The notes under the pieces: model-generated | Databases searched by the model: none | The model's input: only the letters and a program-made list of their open reading frames with translations | Told to the model about the DNA's origin: nothing | Source of the DNA: Patescibacteria group bacterium | GTDB lineage: Bacteria > Patescibacteriota > Patescibacteriia > Buchananbacterales > UBA6539 | Direction of reading: 5' to 3' | Assembly: GCA_041649675.1 (NCBI GenBank) | Contig: JBAZMQ010000006.1 | Location: forward strand, 7,003 to 71,002 | DNA: 64,000 nucleotides | Position numbers and translations under genes: made by a program | Shown here: positions 21,264-30,106 of the stretch, piece by piece | How the letters are laid out: the number at the start of each line of letters is the position of its first letter | Position numbering within the stretch: the stretch's first letter is position 1

Positions 21264-22133
21264 CTACAATAAACAAAGGTCATATACTACTTTTTCATAG
21301 CCTGGTATCTCGGCTGCCTGATTAATTGACTGGTGGCTAACTCGCCAAACTTCAAATAGAAGCCGGAGGTAATCAGCTACCGGTTGACCGCATTCATCAA
21401 ACGGCTTACCACTACTGACTTTGAATATACCGGATTCCGGATCGGCGGCGGTATCAAGCGGTTTAGAGATATAAATGGTCACCTCGGTTCGACAAGGTAT
21501 TGATATTCCATGCCATTTTCGCCATTGCCAACCAGGAAACATCTTCCCTTTGGGCCAAACTTTACCACTACCAACATCGTTAACCAAAACTAAAAGTGGC
21601 TCAGTCTCAACCAAAGTACGGCCAACGCCTGGGTTAACCTGGGGTAAACCTTCCTGTCCGGCTTCGTTACGCGTTCCGGCCGCAAAGTTCAAAAGCACAC
21701 AATTGATTCGAGAATTTAGATAGTTAATCACTGCCCGAACCGCTTGGCTGCGTTTTCTTTTATCCGGGCTGACGCCAAAGATATTAAAGCGCAAAGCTAA
21801 TATCCACCAAAGCGGCTTGTAGGTGGTCTTGGCCAAAACGGCTGGTATCATTGACAGCTTGCCAGGAGCAAGCACCCAAGGCCAAAAAATGGCAATGACA
21901 ACGACAAAGATGCCAATGAACGATGGATGATCAGCAATCAACATAATCCGGCCGGAGCGAGGAAAATTTTCTTTGCCAACGACTTTGACTTTGCAAAAAA
22001 TTCTGGTCAAAGGGTAAAACAAGAGAACAAACAACGTCGCCATCAACCGATCCAACCACCAAAAGAGCAGGATCTGCCCTAACCAATTAATCATTTTCCA
22101 AGACTTCATGCATATCTCCTTTCCGAAATACAA
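21264..22133 (-). CDS. lysophospholipid (1-acylglycerol-3-phosphate) acyltransferase-like membrane protein
   Basis: H-x4-D-like block (IADHPSFIG) and FAAGTRNEAG (FPEGTR-like). N-terminal TM. Confidence 0.45.
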   Translation of the reverse strand: MYFGKEICMKSWKMINWLGQILLFWWLDRLMATLFVLLFYPLTRIFCKVKVVGKENFPRSGRIMLIADHPSFIGIFVVVIAIFWPWVLAPGKLSMIPAVLAKTTYKPLWWILALRFNIFGVSPDKRKRSQAVRAVINYLNSRINCVLLNFAAGTRNEAGQEGLPQVNPGVGRTLVETEPLLVLVNDVGSGKVWPKGKMFPGWQWRKWHGISIPCRTEVTIYISKPLDTAADPESGIFKVSSGKPFDECGQPVADYLRLLFEVWRVSHQSINQAAEIPGYEKVVYDLCLL

Positions 22134-22174
22134 CGTTGAGCTATTACAGATCTGTTACATCTTAATACAAAAAA

Positions 22175-22200
22175 ACCGCCCTGGCAACCAGGGCGGTCAA
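22175..22200 (-). terminator. intrinsic terminator for the 22212..22661 gene
   Basis: CCGCCCTGG-TTGC-CAGGGCGG followed by TTTTTTT on the minus strand. Confidence 0.75.
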
Positions 22201-22211
22201 AATTTTGTAAT

Positions 22212-22661
22212 TTAGACTTTTGGCGGAATTGGCGGCATAGGCAACGGAGTGGTATTTTGGCTTTTCATTAATTGCCCGCCATGAGTAATTTTAGCAGTGG
22301 CAATAATGCTAATAAGAGTCAGAACAAAACTAACCCATAAACTCCACATGCCATAAAAGCTTTTCAGACCGTCAAGGTAAGTACCGTCAGCTTTGACATA
22401 TTGAATAGTAATCAATAAATCCAAAACGGCACTAATTACTAACCAAAAAATTCCCAAGGCCAAAGCTTCTTTTAAATCACTTGGATATTTCTTAAAGTAA
22501 ATTCTGGACAAAATAAAGCTAGCTAAAACCGCTAAAATTATTTCCAAAATTCTTTGCCATAAAACCGCGATTGGCATAACCATAAAAGCCGAAACCCCAA
22601 TAAACATTATGGCCCAAAAACCAGCACCCAAGCCCAAAGCTAATTTCCAATTTTTAATCAT
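22212..22661 (-). CDS. hypothetical 4-TM membrane protein
   Basis: ORF with four hydrophobic helices and a Pro-rich C-terminus. Confidence 0.5.
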   Translation of the reverse strand: MIKNWKLALGLGAGFWAIMFIGVSAFMVMPIAVLWQRILEIILAVLASFILSRIYFKKYPSDLKEALALGIFWLVISAVLDLLITIQYVKADGTYLDGLKSFYGMWSLWVSFVLTLISIIATAKITHGGQLMKSQNTTPLPMPPIPPKV

Positions 22662-22675
22662 AAGTTTTTAGTTTA

Positions 22676-23059
22676 TTAATAAGATTTAATTACATTACAA
22701 TTGCCATCAACCTCAACAAAATGGCTGACTTTGCCTTGGCCAAAAGATTGACATTGATTAGCGGCCTCATTGTCAATTGACTGCCGAGGTGAATGGGCCA
22801 CATCGCAAGCCCAACCAGGAATAATTTCTTCGCTTAAACACGGTCCGCGATCAAAATCTTTACCATCGGTTGATAATCGGTTTTGGCATAACTCCTGGCA
22901 CTGCATAATGGCTAAAGTTTTATCGGCCTGCTTTTTTTGTTCAATTTGGACTTTACCACTAACATAATCAGCCGTGTCTTGAATGGGTTTAGTTACCGCA
23001 TTTTGACAACCGGAAAGAATAAGACTGCTAATTATTAGAACAACTATTCTTTTTAACAT
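22676..23059 (-). CDS. small secreted Cys-containing lipoprotein
   Basis: Lipobox LILSGC after a signal peptide. 7 Cys. Confidence 0.5.
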   Translation of the reverse strand: MLKRIVVLIISSLILSGCQNAVTKPIQDTADYVSGKVQIEQKKQADKTLAIMQCQELCQNRLSTDGKDFDRGPCLSEEIIPGWACDVAHSPRQSIDNEAANQCQSFGQGKVSHFVEVDGNCNVIKSY

Positions 23060-23084
23060 AAATTTAAAAATAAAAAGTCTTTCT

Positions 23085-23200
23085 GGCTCCCTCTCCCCTG
23101 GTGAAAGAGGGACTTAGTCTTCATATAGCGGGTGAGGGGGCTAAATTCATCAGTTTACCTCCCCCTCTCCTAGCCTCCCCCACAAGGGGGGGAGGAGGAA
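23085..23200. repeat. GC-rich palindrome cluster (CCCTCTCC family), locus A
   Basis: CCCTCT-N11-AGAGGG. GGGTGAGGGGG-N20-CCCCCTCTCC. CCTCCCCC-ACAA-GGGGGGGAGG. Confidence 0.7.
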
Positions 23201-23245
23201 ATCTTGGCGATTGCGCCTGCTTTAACTTACCTTCTTGCTGGTTTA

Positions 23246-23749
23246 TTATTTCATTTTAAATATCAACCAATTCTTTTTTTGGGGTGTAAATTGGGCCAAA
23301 ACATAAATCCCCTTTAATCTTTTTCCTTTTAATTTAAACTTCAAAGATTTTGCGGTGCTTTCCAATAATTCAAATTTACCTTTGTCCCAAATTTCTACCC
23401 GCCCAGCGCCGTAATTACCTTTAGGAATTACCCCAGAAAAATTAATATAGTCAACCGGATGATCTTCAACGGCCACGGCCAAATGTTTAATCCCAGACAC
23501 CGTGGGCAGACCTTTTGGCACGGCCCAAGATTTTAGCACAACCTGCCTACGCTCGCCTTCGGCGAGCTTCGGCAGGCGAGCCAGCTCTTTAAAAATATCT
23601 CCGGGTAACTCTAGACGGAAATCATAATGCAAATGACTGGCTTGATGTTTTTGAACCACAAAACGATTTAAACCTTTGGCCTTAGCTTGACCTTTTGGTT
23701 CTGGCGTTTTACTAAACTTTCTTTTTTGATTGTATTTTTTTAAAACCAC
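23246..23749 (-). CDS. stand-alone DNA ligase D 3'-phosphoesterase (LigD-PE) domain protein
   Basis: FVVQKHQASHLHYDFRLE signature of LigD phosphoesterase. Confidence 0.75.
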   Translation of the reverse strand: MVLKKYNQKRKFSKTPEPKGQAKAKGLNRFVVQKHQASHLHYDFRLELPGDIFKELARLPKLAEGERRQVVLKSWAVPKGLPTVSGIKHLAVAVEDHPVDYINFSGVIPKGNYGAGRVEIWDKGKFELLESTAKSLKFKLKGKRLKGIYVLAQFTPQKKNWLIFKMK

Positions 23750-23759
23750 AATGTTTTAA

Positions 23760-23950
23760 ATTAGAAAATCTAAGCACTAAATCCTAAACAAATCATAAAT
23801 CATAAATTTTAAATTCCAAACGTTTACTATTTATAATTTAAAAATTCGGATTTGTTTAGGATTTAGATATTCGGATTTAGAATTTAGTGCTTATTCTCTC
23901 CCTGCCTCCCTGTTCTCTGTTTTCTGTTCTCTGTTCTCTGTTTTCTGTAA
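23760..23950. repeat. complex AT-rich inverted repeat plus (TGTTCTC/TGTTTTC)n tandem heptamer tract
   Basis: CTAAGCACTAAATCCTAAACAAATC versus GATTTGTTTAGGATTTAG / GGATTTAGAATTTAGTGCTTA. About 5 tandem heptamers at 23915-23950. Confidence 0.7.
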
Positions 23951-24035
23951 ACTCCTATACTTTCATTGTAGTGCCACTGGCAAAAAAGGTCAAAAAAAAG
24001 AGACCAGTCAAATGCTTATAGCACTTAGCTGGTCA

Positions 24036-25133
24036 TTAGTTTACGGAAATGAACATATCCTCGCGCTGGAATTGCACCAAAGGCTTGCCCAGCATCTGGC
24101 CGCAGATCTTCAGGTAGATATTGGTAGTCTCCTCAACCGTCTCTTCGGGCCATTCCAGTTCCGAGACCCAATTGACGTGGGCTTCGTTCTCCGGATCGAG
24201 GTTGTCTATACCGATAATCTGCTCACCCTTGTGTTCACCCTTTTCGTAGAAAAACGGCGTAGGAACCTTGGCGCCGATAGCGCGGACATATTCTTTATCC
24301 GACGTTTCCAGGTTCGTACCGGCTGCCATTGCGGCATTATATTTCTCTTCCTCAATGAACCGCGATGAATCAGGGGTAAGAATCTCATCTGCCGCCACCA
24401 GCTCATTGTTGGCATTCAAACCAAACTCAAACTTGGTGTCAAAAAGGATGATTTTCTTAGATTTGGCATAGTCTGATCCCCGATCATACAACTTGAGCGA
24501 GAGATCCACTGCTTCCTGCGCCAACTGTTTTGGATCGCGGTTAATGCCATTTTCCCGCAGCCAGGCACCAAGAATCACCAGCATTTCGCCAAAAGTCAGA
24601 TGTTTATCGTGGCCGTCCTCGGATTTAGTCGTGGGGGTAGCAATTGCCGTAGATAATTTGCAACCCTTAGTGAGACCTTCAGGCAATAAAATGCCACAGA
24701 CTTCACGGGTCGCTTGGTAGCTTTTCCAACCGCTGCCACCCAAATAGCCGCGAACGACAAACTCGATGGGCAACATCCTGAGATTAAGAACAATCATGCC
24801 CCGCGATTGCAGGTCGGCGTTCCCACGCAATTCTTCGGGTAGATACTTGTCAATGGCCGCGCCATACGCCACGAGGTGGTTGGGGATATCCGCGAAGACA
24901 TTCAATAGCCAGTCGATGGTCATGGCGGTTAGGACCGAGCCCTTGAGCGAAATCAGCAGATTGAGGATGAAATCAAAAATGCTGATTCGGTCCGTGGCGA
25001 CGATAAGCCGCAAGTCGGGAAAACTAGGCAAGGCGTAGGAGTTGCGCACCTTGCCGACAGTCAATTCGTTGAGCTTTGTTGCCAGCAAGATGAATAGCGG
25101 CAACGCAAGCAGTCTGGGGTTAATCTTTTTCAT
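24036..25133 (-). CDS. purC: SAICAR synthetase (long form)
   Basis: FVVRGYLGGSGW and DTKFEFG motifs. GC-rich. Confidence 0.8.
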   Translation of the reverse strand: MKKINPRLLALPLFILLATKLNELTVGKVRNSYALPSFPDLRLIVATDRISIFDFILNLLISLKGSVLTAMTIDWLLNVFADIPNHLVAYGAAIDKYLPEELRGNADLQSRGMIVLNLRMLPIEFVVRGYLGGSGWKSYQATREVCGILLPEGLTKGCKLSTAIATPTTKSEDGHDKHLTFGEMLVILGAWLRENGINRDPKQLAQEAVDLSLKLYDRGSDYAKSKKIILFDTKFEFGLNANNELVAADEILTPDSSRFIEEEKYNAAMAAGTNLETSDKEYVRAIGAKVPTPFFYEKGEHKGEQIIGIDNLDPENEAHVNWVSELEWPEETVEETTNIYLKICGQMLGKPLVQFQREDMFISVN

Positions 25134-25175
25134 GGTTTCTTCTTTTCCTTCCTGTCTGTTGTAACTTGTTGTTTT

Positions 25176-25898
25176 CTATCCGAGAGCCGCAATGGCTTGG
25201 GTCCACGTTTGAAACGACGCTTCTTTGCCTTTGGCGTCGGCAATCCGTTGCCGTAAATCGTCAGGGATTTGGCCGTTAACCGCGAATTCGCAAGCGCGAG
25301 TAAAACCGTCGGGGCCAAAGTACTGTCCGGCTTCATCACCGCTAATAAGCAGATCCGCGCCGGGAAATTGCGTCATGGCCAGTAAGGCAGCCACATTTTT
25401 TCGCTGCTCATCATTCATTGCCGCCACAATCTCCTGGGGCGTCCGAGCGCTGTTGAGAACAACGTTGACTTCCGAGTCGGTTGTCGGCTCTTTTGGTTTC
25501 TCACACTTCAGAGCCACACCAATAACAATGATGTTTTTGGCGTGGAGTCCGTGGTACAAATAGCCTGCGGCTAAGCCGGGCAAAACTGCCAGCCAGCCAG
25601 CGGCCATGACCAAGACGTAATCGGTATCGAGATGGCTTTGCGCAATATTCGCCAGCCTGGTCAAAAACTCAAACAGGATGGCGAAGTTCCGATGGGCACT
25701 GATCGTGAAGTGCCCTGTGCCTCTGTGCTTGGGCTCAAGTACCAGCCGAACCGCCGGGTCCAGATCAATAATTTTCCCTGACTCGATCGCAGCCAAAGCT
25801 GCCGCCAGCGTTTTCCAACCGCCGCCTAACTGTTTGGCGTCGTTTGGCGAGCCAGCAATGGTTATAACTACCCTTTTTCTTGTTTCTTCAGTTGCCAC
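25176..25898 (-). CDS. purE: AIR carboxylase family (PurE-like) with C-terminal extension
   Basis: VVITIAGSPND (GSxSD-like) and AAGWLAVLPGLAAG...IIVIGVA (PurE core). GTG start. Confidence 0.65.
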   Translation of the reverse strand: MATEETRKRVVITIAGSPNDAKQLGGGWKTLAAALAAIESGKIIDLDPAVRLVLEPKHRGTGHFTISAHRNFAILFEFLTRLANIAQSHLDTDYVLVMAAGWLAVLPGLAAGYLYHGLHAKNIIVIGVALKCEKPKEPTTDSEVNVVLNSARTPQEIVAAMNDEQRKNVAALLAMTQFPGADLLISGDEAGQYFGPDGFTRACEFAVNGQIPDDLRQRIADAKGKEASFQTWTQAIAALG

Positions 25899-26126
25899 TG
25901 ATACTGTCCAACCTTTCTGGTTTTGTCCTTACGGACGCTTCGTTTTCTTTTCCATACCTCCCTTGTTTTGGGCGGTATCTTGCTTTGTCAATAAAATATA
26001 TTGTCAAAAAACAAAGTCTTTCCTCCTTGATCCGCCAAAGCCCGAGGGCAGAGGCAAACTCCTTGAAAAGACTAGTTTTGTACTCACAAATTAACAAAAA
26101 AATAATTAAATGTCAATGATCACCAA

Positions 26127-26214
26127 TTGTCATTCTGAAGAAGCGAAGCGGCTGAAAAATCCCAAAAGTTTAAGATTCTTCGCGCTAAAATATCGCTTAG
26201 AGCTCAGAATGACA
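26127..26214 (+). repeat. MITE-like structured repeat, copy 4
   Basis: TTGTCATTCTGAAG ... GAGCTCAGAATGACAG. An ATG lies 10 nt downstream (27-codon ORF). Confidence 0.75.
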
Positions 26215-26331
26215 GTAGGAGATATGCGCCTATTCGTTAATGTTATTTGGATAAAAAAAAGAAGCCAGTCAAACCCTCATGGATCTGACCGGCCGTTGAT
26301 TACTTAAACTTCCCTCCACCTCTTTCTTCGC

Positions 26332-28206
26332 CTAGTGCTTGGCAAAAAGCCGATCGGCGCTACTCAGGAAGGCGACAGAAAGCCCGGACTTGCTAAACAA
26401 AGCCTTGACGTTCTCGATCTCCTTGCCGTCAGCCGGCACCACGCCACCGATACAACCGGCGTCAATGAGCAATTCGGTTCCCTCTCGTCTATCCGATTGG
26501 GAAATCAGTGTGGCCATTTCGCCCAACAGCCTGATCGTCTCCAGTTGATTGCCAACCCGGTCAGCACTTCTCGCCTGAGCCAACAGCCACTCAATCTGGG
26601 CTAAGTCTACCGGCGGCTGTTCTCCGGTGGCATACGGGAAGAATGCATCCGAGGCAAAAACCGAACCTTGGGTGGTATGCCCAGCCCGTCTGGCCCGCTC
26701 AATGCAGAGCCTGACACAGGCAATCCGGTCTTGCTGGCCGCAGCCGAGACCAATTAACATCCGGTTCTTGGCCAAAGCCACGGTATTGCTGGAAGACCGA
26801 TAACAGGCCACCCAGGCAATCAGCAGATCTTCAAACCGGTCGTCGCTCAAAGGCACCCCGACCCAGGATTCAATCGTTTCCCTGGTCAGGATAAAACTTG
26901 GCGCCTTCTGTTTAAGGACATCACCGTTGCCAAGAAACTGCCACATCCATTCATTGGTTGGCATTTGCGGATCCAGTAATGCCAAATTGCTTAACAACCG
27001 GCGTTTCTCCCGCTTCCCTAGCTGCTCAACCGCGCCCGGGGAAAATGACGGAGCATAGATAATGTCCAGACCCCAGTTCTTCCGGCCAATCAACAGACTG
27101 AGTGGCGGGGACATCAATTCAACTCCAAGTTCATCGGTGATAGCGAAATTGGTAACTACTTCACCGCCCATTACCGCTACCTTGTCACCCGTCAAAGCTT
27201 TACGCAAAGCCGTTATGGGACTGGCCCAATCAACACCAATGCCGCAAACATTGCCGTGCTTTCCGGCAACAACAATGTACGGCACTTTACCGTAGACTCT
27301 TCGGTAAGCCTCGGCCAGAAAACGCAAAGCCCCGATCAGGCCGGCACCGTCTGCGATGCTGATGTAGCTAGGGTCGCCGGAAACGACTTGAAACTTGCTA
27401 GTTGCCAGCGGATCGTCGCTGTCGGTGGTAAACAGAAAAGCCGGGTCTTGGCGGTGATTTTCAGCATAGGCCAACTTTCGCGCCAACCGCATGAAGATGC
27501 CATCGAAATGACCGCCGCTGTGAAAACGGGCGGATTCCATCCGGTACCGAGACACGACGAAGTCAGCCTTGGCACAAAGGGCATTGCGGGTCTCTTCGGT
27601 AATCTCACCGTTATGCTCGCGCATCTGGTCAATCACCATCTGCCGGTCAGCCGGATCGCAAATCACAATTCGGCGACCCTTGGCTCCTTCGGAAACCATG
27701 GTCGGCCCGCCAATGTCAGTACCTTCGACAACCGACTCGGTTGTCGCGCCTTCCGCCTCGATTGCTCTCATTAGGGCATAGAAGTCGCAAACCACCATGT
27801 CGATGAAGGGGATACCAAACTTCGCCAGTTCCTTAAGATCAGAATCAATAGCCCGTGCGAGGAGTCCGGCTGATTTCGGCCGCGAAAGACTCACTACGCG
27901 ATGACCGAGCATCGGATTAGCATCAAGCAACTTTGCGACAGCTTTGGCTGAGAGCTTCCGACCACCCCTTTTGGTCTTAAAAGAAATACCGGCGCTAACA
28001 AATTCCTGAACCATGCTGCGCGTAATCATGTCAGCGATGTCTTGAACTTTGATACCGGCCGCCGCCAGATATTTGCACGTACCGGCCGAGCCAATAATGT
28101 GCCAGTTGCCCAATGCCTGCAACTGCCGAACAAAATCGACAATGTTAGGATTTTCCTTTTCAGTGACACTAATTAGCGCCACCCTCTGTCTCTGTTTTTC
28201 GGACAT
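26332..28206 (-). CDS. purH: bifunctional AICAR transformylase / IMP cyclohydrolase
   Basis: MGS domain ALISVTEK, DIGGPTMV, GCGQQDR and ASDAFFPYA motifs. GC-rich. Confidence 0.85.
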   Translation of the reverse strand: MSEKQRQRVALISVTEKENPNIVDFVRQLQALGNWHIIGSAGTCKYLAAAGIKVQDIADMITRSMVQEFVSAGISFKTKRGGRKLSAKAVAKLLDANPMLGHRVVSLSRPKSAGLLARAIDSDLKELAKFGIPFIDMVVCDFYALMRAIEAEGATTESVVEGTDIGGPTMVSEGAKGRRIVICDPADRQMVIDQMREHNGEITEETRNALCAKADFVVSRYRMESARFHSGGHFDGIFMRLARKLAYAENHRQDPAFLFTTDSDDPLATSKFQVVSGDPSYISIADGAGLIGALRFLAEAYRRVYGKVPYIVVAGKHGNVCGIGVDWASPITALRKALTGDKVAVMGGEVVTNFAITDELGVELMSPPLSLLIGRKNWGLDIIYAPSFSPGAVEQLGKREKRRLLSNLALLDPQMPTNEWMWQFLGNGDVLKQKAPSFILTRETIESWVGVPLSDDRFEDLLIAWVACYRSSSNTVALAKNRMLIGLGCGQQDRIACVRLCIERARRAGHTTQGSVFASDAFFPYATGEQPPVDLAQIEWLLAQARSADRVGNQLETIRLLGEMATLISQSDRREGTELLIDAGCIGGVVPADGKEIENVKALFSKSGLSVAFLSSADRLFAKH

Positions 28207-28234
28207 TGTTGTATCTTCCTCTCATTCTGTTTGA

Positions 28235-29821
28235 CTAAGCCGCGATAGGCTTGAGTCCGTTGGTTGTTTCCCGTCTTGCATCTTTAATCGCATCACCCAT
28301 GTAATGCGTTGGGTGCTTCAATAAATGAAGTTCCCGGCGCGTTAGGCCCTTCCAGGCGCGACGGAATTTCTGGTCGGTTTCATTAGCCTGCAGGTAAAGC
28401 TCAGCCGCGACACAAAGGTTTGGCGCTCCGGCCTTAACCCGGGCAATCAACTCCTTTTTGACAAAAGTATGAGCGCCGGCAAATCCCTCGCGCTGTAATG
28501 CATTATGAAGCAATTCCGCCAAAGACGCTGGCCCAAATGTCTGAACCCAGTGCAGACAGCGCTCTTCGTTGAAGGCTAGGACGCTCATCTGCCGCTTTAC
28601 GCTGTAAAGCTCCTGAGCAAAGTACTCCAAGGCTTCAATGAATGTCCTCATAACCGATGACCAACGCAAATCGCGTTGGAAATTGCTGCCGCGCGTCAAC
28701 CAAGGTCTTAAGGCGCAACTCAGTACGATTGTGTCTGCACCAATGGCATTTTCGGCCCGGATTGGATTAGCTTCTTTAGCCGCTCCGGCCGAAGAGGTGG
28801 AAGTGACATCCACCTCCTTTGAAGGAACAACCTCACCGAGTTCGGGCATATGCAAGATGCGAAGGTCTTCGCACAGACTCATCATCGGTCCGCCGATGGC
28901 AACAAGGTCACTATAAAAATGAACCGTATGATGAATCGGCGCAATCTGGGTGCTGCCTTTAGCGACTGGTAAGTCCAGAATGCTCATCAGTGTTCGTTCT
29001 GCTTTCTTGGGAATACCCACCGCTCGCTGGGATGCAGCCGTACCAACGAAACCGCAAAATTTGCCCGGCATAGCTAAAGCGGCCCGCTGCAGTTCAAGGG
29101 CACAATCGGTAAATTGCCGATGGGCACAAGCCAGGTAAAATCCGACGGTACCGGGTATGGCTGGCTGCAAGTGAGTGCGAAACATCTGGCGCGTCGTCAA
29201 ATATTCGTTGATCTTTGCCCGCCAGGTTTCATCAAGCGCCATCATCTTTGGCCACAGAACCAGACTGAACACGACTCGAAGCTGCAGGGCATATGCCGTT
29301 GAAATCGTATCATAGGAAGTTGCCGTATAGTGCAGCCACTTCCAAAGTCCTTTGGGCAAATACCGGCGCATCAAAGCCAACAACGCCAAGATGTCGTGAC
29401 CCATTCCCTTGGTCCCTTTCTTCTTGTCGCCGTATTCCAGCCGGTCTTGTTTGGTTGTAGTAACGTGCTTGAGCACATACAATAAACGTTCGGTGGTCAG
29501 AAGCCTGGCGTCTTTTTCGGGCATGACTCCGATGATGGCCAACGCCACCATCCAGAACCATTCCACGATGACCAACCAGGCCGCCCACTGGTCGTAACCA
29601 AGATACGGAACCAATTCAGGCTGCTGCTCTTCGTAGCGGTGATCCATATGCATCACTAAAACTCGCCGCGGATCCTCAGCCAGAACCGCCAGATAAGCAA
29701 TTGCGGCTGCCAACATCTCTCTTGCCTGTTTAATCGTCATACGCTTTGAACCTTTCTCCAATTTTTTTTCTATCAGCCATAGCCAAATGACCAATTCATC
29801 TAAACCTATATTTATTGTCAA
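28235..29821 (-). CDS. purB: fumarate-lyase superfamily, adenylosuccinate lyase-like
   Basis: SSAGAAKEANPIRAE resembles the GSSxMPxKxNP signature. About 100 aa N-terminal extension. GC-rich. Confidence 0.55.
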   Translation of the reverse strand: MTINIGLDELVIWLWLIEKKLEKGSKRMTIKQAREMLAAAIAYLAVLAEDPRRVLVMHMDHRYEEQQPELVPYLGYDQWAAWLVIVEWFWMVALAIIGVMPEKDARLLTTERLLYVLKHVTTTKQDRLEYGDKKKGTKGMGHDILALLALMRRYLPKGLWKWLHYTATSYDTISTAYALQLRVVFSLVLWPKMMALDETWRAKINEYLTTRQMFRTHLQPAIPGTVGFYLACAHRQFTDCALELQRAALAMPGKFCGFVGTAASQRAVGIPKKAERTLMSILDLPVAKGSTQIAPIHHTVHFYSDLVAIGGPMMSLCEDLRILHMPELGEVVPSKEVDVTSTSSAGAAKEANPIRAENAIGADTIVLSCALRPWLTRGSNFQRDLRWSSVMRTFIEALEYFAQELYSVKRQMSVLAFNEERCLHWVQTFGPASLAELLHNALQREGFAGAHTFVKKELIARVKAGAPNLCVAAELYLQANETDQKFRRAWKGLTRRELHLLKHPTHYMGDAIKDARRETTNGLKPIAA

Positions 29822-29904
29822 AAAACAAAGTCTTTCCCTCCCTGGAAAGACTGTTTTGTATTATTAATCTAACAAAATTGCCACTAAATGTCAAAATAAC
29901 CAAT

Positions 29905-30022
29905 TGTCATTCTGAGGGATCCACCCCCTGTCTACCAACAGACAGGCGGGGGTGGAGACCGAAGAATCTCAAACGTTTGGGATTCTTCGCACCCAGATAT
30001 TGCTTGGAGCTCAGAATGACAG
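29905..30022 (+). repeat. MITE-like structured repeat, copy 5
   Basis: TTGTCATTCTGAGG ... GAGCTCAGAATGACAG with inner palindrome CCACCCCCTGTC / GACAGGCGGGGGTGG and CGAAGAATC / GATTCTTCG. An ATG lies 10 nt downstream (15-codon ORF). Confidence 0.8.
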
Positions 30023-30106
30023 TACGAGATATGTACATATTCGTAATGCCATTCGCCTACAAAAAAAGACCAGCCTGAATATCTTTCAAGCTGGGATAAA
30101 AATCCA

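Noticed and set aside
23915-23950. Possible CRISPR array from the TGTTCTC repeats
   Set aside because: The repeat unit is only 7 bp with no spacers. It is a simple tandem repeat, not a CRISPR. No cas genes are present.
24012-29597. Numerous 60-170 aa ORFs on both strands inside the purC/purE/purH/purB genes
   Set aside because: High-GC DNA yields long spurious ORFs in all frames. The annotated long ORFs carry the recognisable Pur motifs.
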